Assembly (NCBI GenBank): GCA_051362555.1
Contig: CM120642.1
Coordinates: 25,110,001-25,174,000, forward strand
Direction of reading: 5' to 3'
Length of the DNA stretch: 64,000 nt
Source of the DNA: Lingula anatina
Lineage: Eukaryota; Animalia; Brachiopoda
Below the pieces are notes generated by a model. It had not been told where the DNA came from. It saw nothing but the letters and a program-made list of their open reading frames with translations, and made no database searches. Positions 1 to 10,833 of the stretch are shown here, in pieces. Positions within the stretch are counted from its first letter, which is position 1. Each line of letters opens with the position of its first letter. Made by a program: the position numbers and the translations under genes.

Positions 1-1686
1 GGACAGAATTTTGAGTCTAAGTTATATTTTACAAAAACCATAATACATATATAGTTTAAAATTGACAGGAATATCAATTCATGACTTCAAAAACAGAAAA
101 ACATTGATTAGTTTTTGAGAAATTGATAACTGATCGCCATTATGGAGGAAAGAAAGGACAGTCAACTTGTAAACTGCTCTGTTAGTGAGTTTCAAACAGC
201 AAAAATAGATTGGAATGATTATTTAATTAATCTAGTTTTTTTTCTTTAAATACAAAAGGTGATATTTGAAAAATATAAGTTTAAAATTCTGAAGTTTAAA
301 AATGTCTGATTATGGTCAGAAAATGTGTCCACAGTGCAAAACTTATACATGGGCAATAAAAACAAGATGCCCTTTGTCACAACTCACCATTTCCATGGAA
401 AATTAAATATCTCGCAGTGCACAAGTAATATGTAGTTGTCTTTAATATTGAATCAAATATATGTGGTATTTGTGTCCTGATCATATGAAATTTTCAAATG
501 TAAAGAAATCAAAAGTTACCCTTTCTGAAAAAGAAGACTTCAGTGGTTATATGCATAAATGAGTTCTTGATTTTAAAGAGCCTCTTGACGAAAATGAATA
601 CGTTGGAATACGTTATGGACGGATTTTGATAACATTTTTGGAAATTATTGGGAGAAGATCAAATAAGAAACTATTACATTTTTGTTGTGATCCATTTAAC
701 GATTAACTAGTTGATTAACAATCTCTCTTTGTCTCCTAGCAAAATTATGCAAAAAGATACAGATAATTATATAACAATGATAGAAGTTTAAAGATGGATC
801 ACAAATGCCCTAGATTTTGGTGATGCTTAATTCTAATTAAAATCAATACTTTTGAGATTTGAGCTAATTGCATTGATAAATTAATAATGGAACTGAAAAT
901 AATTAATTAGTCAATTCATATTTAATTAACATTAATGCCAATGGTGTAAATATTGGCCAGTTTAAATAACGAGAACTGAGCTGCCTTGGCAGAGGTCTGC
1001 GCTTTTCTAGGATATGATTTCGTTTCAATGAGTCCATATTAACTGCCATTTTGGGTATAATTTGATATAAATTATTTCGTTTAAGAAATGACATTTTACA
1101 CTGGCGGACTAATACCTGATATCTATGAAGGACAAGAAAGCTAAAATACCGGTACCTTATCCGATAATAACTCATAAAATTCAGTGGTAATAAACTCTGG
1201 ACATCAATTATTACAATCTCCGTACACATTGTAATCACTAACTGATTTTGGAACAATTTCACGTGCGAATGACAAAATACGTTTTTATTATTCCGGTTAT
1301 TAGAACTGGCTCTTAGAGTTTCTAACAACTGGCTTCCAACAACAGCCCAGTAAAACAAACGAAAAGGAAACGAAACTTTTCTCCGGTTTCCACGATACAG
1401 ATTGCGTACAGCAACACCACACTAAGACAGTTGGGCAGAGCAACATCACGATACCCTTGAGATATACCAGGGCCACAGTGATGTATATATATACAGATAG
1501 CCTGTTGATTGATTTTTCTCTGGCTAATTATCTTGTCAGGTTTTACGTACGTATGTAGGTCGTGCAATATACGCACGCGTGTTGCTTCTCTTTTAAGTCG
1601 GACATAACTTGTTTTAGAAGCATACAATGCAAAAAAAGTTTAGTGTTGATGAGTTGTACATCGGACATTTCAAGATGAGAATCAGT

Positions 1687-1692
1687 TTTATT
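1687..1692 (-). promoter_or_regulatory. Candidate polyadenylation signal of copy 1
   Basis: TTTATT on + (AATAAA on -), about 320 nt after the stop codon; supported by position only. Confidence 0.3.
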
Positions 1693-2013
1693 GATTTGTT
1701 TACTGCAAAAAGAAAACATATTTATCATATTGAGCATGGACCCACGAAAGAATGATTAGTGTGTCCTAGAGTTGATAAGGCAAAAGTCGTTAAATTTATG
1801 CAAGTTTACTTTCAAATATTAATTAATGCGCGATATGCATTCTGCATATGAATAGAAAAAAGAGAAATCCTTTTCAAAGGCTGGTGCGAATATGTATTTT
1901 GTTTGAATGTGGCACATAAGTCTTGAATCCACACCGTCACTGCATCTGTCTTTCATTAAACCGTAGAAATCCTGAGTACTTAAAAATGCAAACAACTTGT
2001 TTATGCGACCGTC

Positions 2014-5000
2014 TCATTCTTTCTTTAAAGGTGGCAGACGTGCTGGGAGTCGCTGTGGAATGTTTTGATCGAATGGGTTGCTCACTGGTGGTAAATCATG
2101 TGGCACGGTGGCGCCACCAGTAGCCGAGATGTGAAGCCCATCATCAGAAACAGAATGTTCGCCAGCTTTTCCAAACTTATCCTCGTGTGAACTGTCTGTG
2201 TCTTTTGATTGAAGCCTGTCGGAGCCCGAATGAGAAGGATTCGTTGAAAATTGCTTCAGTGTCGGGGGGATGGGTATGGCACAAGTCGTCGGAGGAACGT
2301 ATGGAATCTCACTGGAACCTTCTTCTTGTGGGTCTTCTCTGCTGTCGTTTATATCTTTCTGAGTTGAAGATGGGTCTCCATTTTCATCGCCTGCTGGGGA
2401 AGTTTGAATTTTCCTCCTGAATTTAAATGTACATAAGCAGGTAAATCAATCATTGGTATACGCACTATGCGTCTTCATGAAAGAATAGGTGAATAGGTTC
2501 TGCCAGACTTTTAAGCATATCAACTGTTACAGAAACTATACTTTGTAAATGGCGACCTCAACCTATTGAAATGATAGTTAGAGATTGGCCCACAGCTTGC
2601 ATTGTTTAAATGTACACGAGAGCGGCTCCTAACATTCATATATAGTGGGCATGAAGGGCACAACTTGAAGGGTGGTCAAGTGATCATGACATGAACACAT
2701 GGTGGGCGTCTCGATAGTCCGAAGGTTCGTTGGTCCCAAGGTTCATTCCTCCAAAAAATGGTAACAATTTCAACGGTTTTTTAATCGAAGGTTCATTGGT
2801 CTGAATGTTCTATAATTAACATTCGGACCAATGGACCTTCGGACTATTGAACCTTCGGACTATTGCTACGGCGACAACACATGCATGTCACTTGCTTAAA
2901 CAGGAGCGCAATTTCAGTGCTTGCCATTTGTGCTATTTTCCGTCAATATAAGTCTGCAAATATGTAAAGCTAACATCAGAAATAAAAAGAATTTCAAGTA
3001 ATTAGTCTTCACCTTTTCTTTCGTTTCAAAACCCACAAGGCCGTTGCTATGACAACTCCGCAGAGCAAGATGACACCGGTGACAGCGGGTAGAATTATAG
3101 TGAGACCTTGTTCAGAACCTTCGGGATTCATTTCACGTGCAGCTCCACCGCCACTGTCATTCTGAAAGGTGATCAAAGTTAAAATCATATACGTGAAAAA
3201 TATCAGACCCGTAACGTAAAGTTCATTATGAAATCCGCAGTGTATGCTGATGTGTGATGTTGTTATAGATGGTGATATCGGTTTTAAAACTTCTGATATG
3301 AACAAATGACCTCACAAATAATCATGAAAAAGAATTTAACAGTATATATATATATATATTGATTGCATGTGTTTCGGCCAAAATTCTAACAAAAAATCAT
3401 TAGATATTTCTTTTAAAAAGGTAACTTACAGTCCCTGTTTCAGTAGTAGTTTCAACAGTGGGATTGCCAGTGCGTTGACCCTTTTTCCCTGTCGACCAAG
3501 TCAACACCGGAGACTCAGGTGTAGTTTCAACAGTGGGATTTCCAGTGTGTTGCCGCGTTTTGCCTGTCGACCAAGTCAACATCGAAGACTCAGGCGTTGT
3601 CTTAATGGCTAAATAGTCGGTGCTAGATCGTACTCTTTCTGTCGTCAACATCAACTCCGGCATTTCAGTGGTGGTTACATTTTCACCTAGAAAAAAGTAA
3701 TATGGCTGTTATGTCCACATATTATTGTCAATATACACTTATTAAATAAAGATTTGAGAAATGTCATTACATGTATGCTCTTATATGATGCATTATTTTC
3801 TTTATCTCTTGCAGTTAGTCCAAAGTATGATCCTTATTGCAAAGAACCAAAAATCATCATTATCGTGTCATCTATGATACTTGATCGAAACAATTTTTTT
3901 CATTAATCCATAGGTTGTGGGAACAGAAAATCTTTCTGCAAAGGAAACATGTCAATATAATAGTGACTGTAAACTCCATTTCTAAGTCTCAGTCCTCAAG
4001 CCATGATTGTGTCACGAACGTAAATATTGGTTTAGGTTTGTTTACATCATATCTTGTTATTTTCCTATTTCAGAAGCGAAAGAAAGATAACCCCTGCCAG
4101 TCAATACAACCTAAGATAGCCTATAGATAGAAAAGTGCTTTCATGTCAGTGTTAGCAACCTTTTACAGAAAAAGTTTCATGATATCAACGGCCTGTGGAC
4201 TGCTAACCCCAAAATCTGTTCTCAACTTTTAGACCAAAATCTCAGTCTACTTTCACCCAAGATAAATCATAAGGGCCCAAACAAATTAAACATTGCGCCC
4301 TTTTTTATCGAACACCAATATTTACCATATTTCAGTGGAATACTATTAATTTTCCTTGAAATAAATTAAACCATATATTTTGTCTTAAGGATTAGACCTA
4401 TTCTTGAGCCCCGACGCCAGAAATCGTTGGGAAGCAGACTTTAGGTGTGCACTCATTCTGAATGTTACATAAGCAAAACGAACTTTCATACACAAACAGT
4501 GTCATCGACTAGTAAGTCCATTAACAAAATGCTACGGAAAATAATTTAAAACTTTAGAAATAAAAAAGTCATTCTCTAATTTTCGAATATTTATCAGAAT
4601 GATGAATGAGGCTCAGTCAACAGCCTTTTGTGAAAGAAGAAGATTATGATTAATCCAACATAACATACCTGTATAACAGAAGTTAATTATGCATCATTTA
4701 AAATTCACAATATGCCGCATTGATTTTTCGTGTAACTCTTCTTTAATTGCTGAGTTCTTTTATATGTACTTAATAAATGTAGTTCAAACAATTTGATCAG
4801 CTTGTTAAACGTCTTCAAGCAATAAATAATTACCATTAATGAAAGTAAATATTGAAAGAAACTAAAAATATACCTTGCAGACACGAGGCATTATCGAGAA
4901 ACCGGTCACAGTAACAACCAAGACCATCAGAGAGCATGAAGAGGCCTTGACTGCCATGGCATGGGACAGTTGTGCACTGGCCAGCTGCTGGAATGAACAC

Positions 5001-7689
5001 AGCACCAGGTTATACCGTGAATGTTACTTCCAGTAGACCCATTAACTCCCACCGCCAAATCATTACCCAGACAAAATCAAACGTGATCAGATTAACTTTA
5101 AATATTTCAAATTGAAATTGTGAAATTTTGCTTGCAATATAATCAACGTGAATATTAACATGCAGTCTCATGCGTTAGCACTCCTCGTTACCTTCTCTTA
5201 AATGTAGTTCTGTTTGTGCAAGCATAACTGATTGTAAGCACCTACATGTATACTGCACGTCAAAGATCGTAAAAAGAAGTGCTAATGATATGAATAAAAC
5301 AATGTACTACGTGAAGCTCTCTGGCTAATTCATGGCACAAGTATCTGTTGTAAAAGAAAAGTACACGTTATTAATCTACGGTCCTAGAAGAGGGTAAGAA
5401 CCCACCGTCTGCAGTGTCATTGCATCCCACTACCTCCACCATCCCCGTACAGTTCTGTCCAGGATGTGCCCGGAGAGCTTGCCATGAATTGTATACAAGT
5501 ATGGTCTGAACTGACCGCACGATGTTCCCACACCCGTCCTGCACGACCCACGTGCGCTTGATGTCCACCCCACAGCGATTGACATTGGTCGAATCTGTGT
5601 AGTTAACAGTAATATTACTGTACACAGTACACCGTTCAGAGCTTGTCACGTTTGGTGAACTGAGTTGTCCCATCAGGTATAAAATCACAGATGCATTACC
5701 TGAAATGGTACCAAGGTAAATTAAAGTAGTGCATTCATTGATAGATAAGTTGGCCACAATATCAAAATTCCATTAACTGAATTGAAGACTAGAGGCTTAA
5801 AATTAAATATACCCCTTTCAGATAACATATTTGACTTTTTTCACCTGAAACAATGACTGCATCTTTAGGAAAGTCCACCTCTGGGGGTAGGGAAGACAAA
5901 TCCTCATCAATTACGCCATCGTCGTCATCGTCAATACCATTAAAGAGTTCTTCGTCAATTTTCATGTCACAATCGTTATCAACGCCATCTGCCGGCTGAC
6001 CAGTGTTCGGGACGCATTTAGTCATGTCCAGGTTTGCCAGTCTCAGTCCTCCTGGATAGCCATAAGAAACGGATTCAGCAAACCCGTAGGAGAATACTGA
6101 GAAAGTCTGAATAGGGGAAATATGTTCTATGCGATGTGTGCCCTCAGTGATGTTCAGCTGAGCAGCAGTAAAGTCTGTTCCGGGGATGGCCAGCCACGTA
6201 ACACCACAGAGAGCGGTTCCATCAACTCTAAGACCTTCTTTGGAACTGCTTTTGATGACTATATTTACGAAGTTTTTGTAAACTTTATCAGGAAGATTGG
6301 TGGTAGCGATGGTGTAACTGGTCGAGAATTGTTCTATGGCAGGCACAACCATCATGTAAGGATCACTGTCCAGACCATCTGTGTCTTGGCTCTGCGTAAA
6401 CTGCAACACCATAATGGGCTTACTGGCATTTAGAAACACAGGAGCGTTCTTCGATGCATTGAATTCATAAAAGTCAGACCTATGAAGAATTAAACGCGAG
6501 ATACCGGTTATGTCGACCACGGTGTCATCAGTACTGCCTACAACCCGAACAATATCCCCACTTTGCCGGTAAGCTGATGGAACAACTGTGAACGTATAGC
6601 CCCATCTATCGACTGGATACATCTGTTCTACCAAATGATCACAACCTATAATTCCACACGGAATATTGGCGCATTTATTTCCTGACACAACTGCCAGTGG
6701 TTTTGATGAATTGATCCTCGTACCTGTAATGTCGCTGGTAGATTGGATTTGAATGGTCTCAAGTCTATTCAGAATGATATGTTTTTTAGAACTTACAGTG
6801 TGACCCATAACTGTGATATTAGTGCCATTAACAGGAGTAATGTCTATATGCGTACTGTTGTGAACGCCAGCAAGTCCTATTAGCGCAGGATAAAAACTTG
6901 AACAAACGCTATAGCTACCAGCAATGTACTCCTGTCCTAGAATATCCACAGGGAGAGCTAGAAATGCGTCCAAACTATAAGATTCTGCATTGGAACCATA
7001 GGCAATGAAGTCTTCGTCAGCGGATAAACGGACACCTTTGAAATCTCTGTTTGTGTCTTTCATTGCGAAAATATCAGGAATATTTACCCTGGTTATTGAA
7101 CCCCTACGTACGCTGACTGTTTTATTACTTTGTGGGAGGTGATGGAGATAGGATGAATGGGCAGTAATACGAACCTGGACTGGAGAAGGGAAGTCGGTTG
7201 TAAGAAATACATTTAGGCTGTCATTATTTATGAACGTGTTGTTCATGAAAGCTATAATGAATTCTTTGCCGCTATTATCAGGAACATCTGAAATGAAAGT
7301 GCAAGTAAGGTTGAAATGTCTTATGTAGTCATGTTAATGCTTCTTATTTTTAGCACAGTTCACATTATTAAAGGACAAAAGACAGGTTGAACACTGGTTA
7401 TCATCAAGAGTTGTAAATTGAACAATCATGTAAAAAATACTGAAAAAAGTGTTTGTTGGTACTTCTTAGCTTTCTAAATATCATCTTCTCGCTCAACAAT
7501 CCTCTTAATCGGTTCACCTCAGGGAGTGATCTGAGTTTAATTTTGTAACCTATATCGACAACACCAGTATTCAGATAATAAATGTAGTCAAATAAATAAA
7601 TAAACAAATATATAAATAAGCCTACCTATGTTACAGTTCACCAACAATCCAAACGAAAGAACGCAAAAGCATACAGTTAACATTTCCAT
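2014..7689 (-). CDS. Copy 1: type-I membrane protein, FCGBP-N-like domain + Asp-rich motif + HYR-like + 5-Cys EGF + S/T stalk + TM + cytoplasmic tail (~907 aa, 7 coding exons)
   Basis: Minus-strand exons with GT-AG boundaries: 7689-7626 (MEMLTVCFCVLSFGLLVNCNI, signal peptide), 7287-5845, 5699-5406, 4987-4874, 3686-3430, 3161-3013 (TM IILPAVTGVILLCGVVIATALWVL-KRKKR), 2416-2014 (ends QRLPARLPPLKKE*). Phases are compatible and the total of 2724 nt is open. Confidence 0.85.
2704..2874. mobile_element. Small MITE-like element with inverted ~15-bp subterminal repeats, in the last intron of copy 1
   Basis: Left side gatagtccgaaggttc/tggtcccaaggttc; right side gaccttcggactattg twice, in inverted orientation. 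Confidence 0.55.
5845..7287 (-). CDS. Copy 1 large exon: IgGFc-binding protein N-terminal-like domain plus Asp-rich motif
   Basis: ORF 5789..7246. Motifs GKEFIx[64 protein letters not shown] and SYGYPGG are typical of the FCGBP N-terminal domain. Phase 1-1 exon of 1443 nt. Confidence 0.9.
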
Positions 7690-10600
7690 TCCTAACACCC
7701 AGGGTGACTGCGCTGTTGACGTCCGGGAAAAATTGTCGGGGTCGTACAACCTGCATTTAGTAGTTATCCGTAATTACAGAGTAGATGTAAAATACGTGTA
7801 TACAGTTAACTCTGGTAATTGCTTTTTCTGCAAATAATTTTCCTCCGTGAGATAATGTATTAAATCTACATATCAGAAAGCATGTCTCTTCATATAACCT
7901 CTTACGCTCCTAAATTTCTTGTAATTTGTAATTTGTCATTTAATATGAGACAGCCTTCTCAAAAGAATCACGAACTTTTGAGACACCGCATACCAGTAAG
8001 CCACCTCTGTTTATAAATTATATCAGTAGCTGATAAGACTTAAACCAATCAGCATACTGTACTAGAATATACATCTTGAACAACCTCAAACAGAAAAACG
8101 CGTGGGGTCTGATGAAAGTCACCTTGGCAAAAATGACATCATTGTGTGTTTTATCAGTGGTTGGTTTATAAAATTTTGCACGTCACCATCCATTTCGCAC
8201 CTACCCATAGTTTGAGTCCATAGGACCCTGAGATTCGAGGTGATTTGAAGAATTGCTTCGTTCTTCTGCCTTGCCAAATATTGAGGTACATGTATAGTGC
8301 TATGCCAGTGAGATATGTTGTTACAGGTGGGGAGGGGTGGGGTTCCCCCTACCCTTCCCCTTTATCCTCTATTCCCGCCCAGAATATCCAAATAAAATAA
8401 CCCCGTCGAAGCTGCCAATAATCATTTAAAATACAGCCCCAGTTCACCTAAGCTCGAAAAACGGTGATATTGAATGATGGGTGATCATCATTACAGAATA
8501 AACGATGCAGACTGCCTCATACTAGAAATAAGTGAAAATAATAATATTATTTCAAGGTTTATGTGTAATCCATAACATATAACCCACTAAAATAAGAACG
8601 GCAAATGACTTAGAAATTTAAAAAAACTTCTACAGACCTATATTTTAGCCGAATAATGGTAATTTATAGGGTAGATCTATAGTAACTGAGAAGCATGACT
8701 GTTTTCATTCTTGCACAAATTATACTCAATTGCCATAAGTACCTTTAGGGTCTTTATCTTAGATTTTTAAAACGCAATTTCTAGAATGTTAATTTTTTTT
8801 ATCTCTAAGGCGCATACAGATATTTCAATGGAATACACCATATTAAAATAAACGATTATTTTTATTCCTTTTCCGTGTAGGATGTCATAGTGCTGCTGCT
8901 GAATTACGATGTTACCAGTTCAAATGTCTCTAAATGGCCAAGTGATGTTAGTGACAGCAGATAAGTTAGTAGCATCTTTTGTGTAAACACTATACCGGTC
9001 AACCCCGTTAGTGAGCAGAATGCGTAGTGTCAAGTTCCGTATGGAAATCCTATCTCTAGTGACAGATATTTTCGGGTTCGAGTAGACAAAATACATAGGA
9101 CTGTAGGTTGCAGAGGCGGGAGGGGGTTATGAAAAAAACATGAAGAGTTTATGTAGGGTATCTATGAAAAAGAAATTTCTTTAAGATTCCTCCTAAATCC
9201 ACCCCCTTTTCCTTTAATACAGTCTTTTACATTTCCGAAAGTACCGCAGGAGGTTCAAATAGCTTGCTTTTATGTATTTTAGGCCTTGGTATAGAATTAA
9301 ACGTAATTGTTGAGAGCTTTGCGTTAATCGAAATTGATCCTTTTCAAATCGAAGAAGCGACTGAGGCAGTGAATCCTAACGGACGACGCACACATACATG
9401 TTTTAGAGTAAGAAGCACAACGATCTAATGGGCCGATTCCTGATTATGTAAATGATACCTACCCTTAGCAGAAGGCCTGCTGCAAATTTGCAACGAATTT
9501 GCAGGAAATTTGCTGCAATGTTGCTGCGAACTTTGCTTAAGGTATGCAATCTGATAATTAATGAACAATATGACAAGACATATTCTTGTTTTTTTGTGTG
9601 TGTCCTTAAATTCAGCACTTTAATTTTAAAATACATTTAGAGTCAAATTTTGGCCACAAAAGCTGACCAAATGCCAACATAGTTTCAGATAGTATAACTT
9701 AGAGAAATACCAAAAGAAATCATTTCATTTATTACTCAAAATGATTTTCGATTGGATAATATAATATGCCGACTTTCTGTATTGTAAACATGTATAAACG
9801 GGGCAGATAAAAAGTTACATAAATACGTCAATTTACCCGAAAAATTAAAGAAGGTGCAGTTTATAGCTCTACTATTGCTGATCGAGTGATTAATTGGGTG
9901 ATGTTAGTGACAGTTTATTAAAACCGGATTTGACGGGTTACTTTAGCATCCCATCGATCCCTTTCCCTAAACATTACGAAATCGAAATGGTGCCCCGCAA
10001 AATTTTATGAATCAAACGCTGATAGAATTCAGACAAAGATGACTTTGTGTGAAGGTTGCTTTCATCGCTCCCCACGTGTCTTAATGTTTGAGATGGTTCA
10101 AGATACACATTCAAGTACAGTATGTCGTATCTAAGTTTTATCAGCAACTGATAGAATTTATAAACAAACGTAGCTCACTAGTATGGGGTGTCTAGCAAGA
10201 CCATGTATTTTACAAATTTGTCTTAAATTTAATTATGAATAAGAAGAATAGTGAACATGTAAGAGAAAATGACAAAAGACGCGCTTTCAGATTTGTTGGC
10301 ATAATGCAATATGGATATCTTATGGGTAACAATTCTTTAAACCAGAAGAAAAGAAATTTACTAAGTAAAACTGAACATATATTTTACTTATACCCTGTAC
10401 CCTGTAGGTATTACAGTTAAATACTAAAAGCAGGTGATTCATCGCAGACAATTTTCCCGGAAGAGCCAAAGGAGAGATCACCCTGGGGTGTTAGGAATGG
10501 AAATCTTAACAGTTGTTTTTTGCGTTCTTTCATTTGGAATGGTTGCGAACTGTGCCGTAGGTAGGCCTATTCATTTTTATGACTGAAATAATGGGCGATC

Positions 10601-10833
10601 TAGCCGAGATGGATTACCTTGAGTTAGTCGATTAGAATAATTGGTGTGAGCGAAAAGATAATATTAAGGCGAAAGTACTAAAAATACCAACAGCTAATTT
10701 TGTTCCTTCCGCTGCTTTAGAATGATTTATATATAACTTGTGTTCAATGGTACGATGGTTCAAGCTATAATAATAGAGCACTATGCACTAAGCGCTTTTG
10801 CCCAAATCAAGCACACGTTCATTTTCAATTTAG
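7290..10833. promoter_or_regulatory. Divergent promoter region of copies 1 and 2 with inverted-duplicated arms (~7290-8200 and ~9975-10833)
   Basis: The reverse complement of 8005-8090 aligns with 10083-10170. The signal exons and 5' leaders are homologous (ggtgttaggaATGGAAAT in both). Confidence 0.7.

Noticed and set aside
903-1737. ORFs 903..1358, 1322..1627 and 1543..1737 as genes
   Set aside because: No recognisable motifs, composition typical of AT-rich non-coding DNA, and they lie in or beyond the copy 1 3'UTR.
6122-6433. Recurrent antisense ORFs over the large exons (also 11160, 11796, 26071, 27072, 48029)
   Set aside because: Shadows of the conserved sense coding sequence; their lengths and stops vary among copies.
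5789-7246. Bacterial contamination or recent horizontal transfer of the long single-exon ORFs
   Set aside because: Each ORF is bounded by conserved spliceosomal sites, linked to signal, EGF and TM exons, and surrounded by animal transposons.
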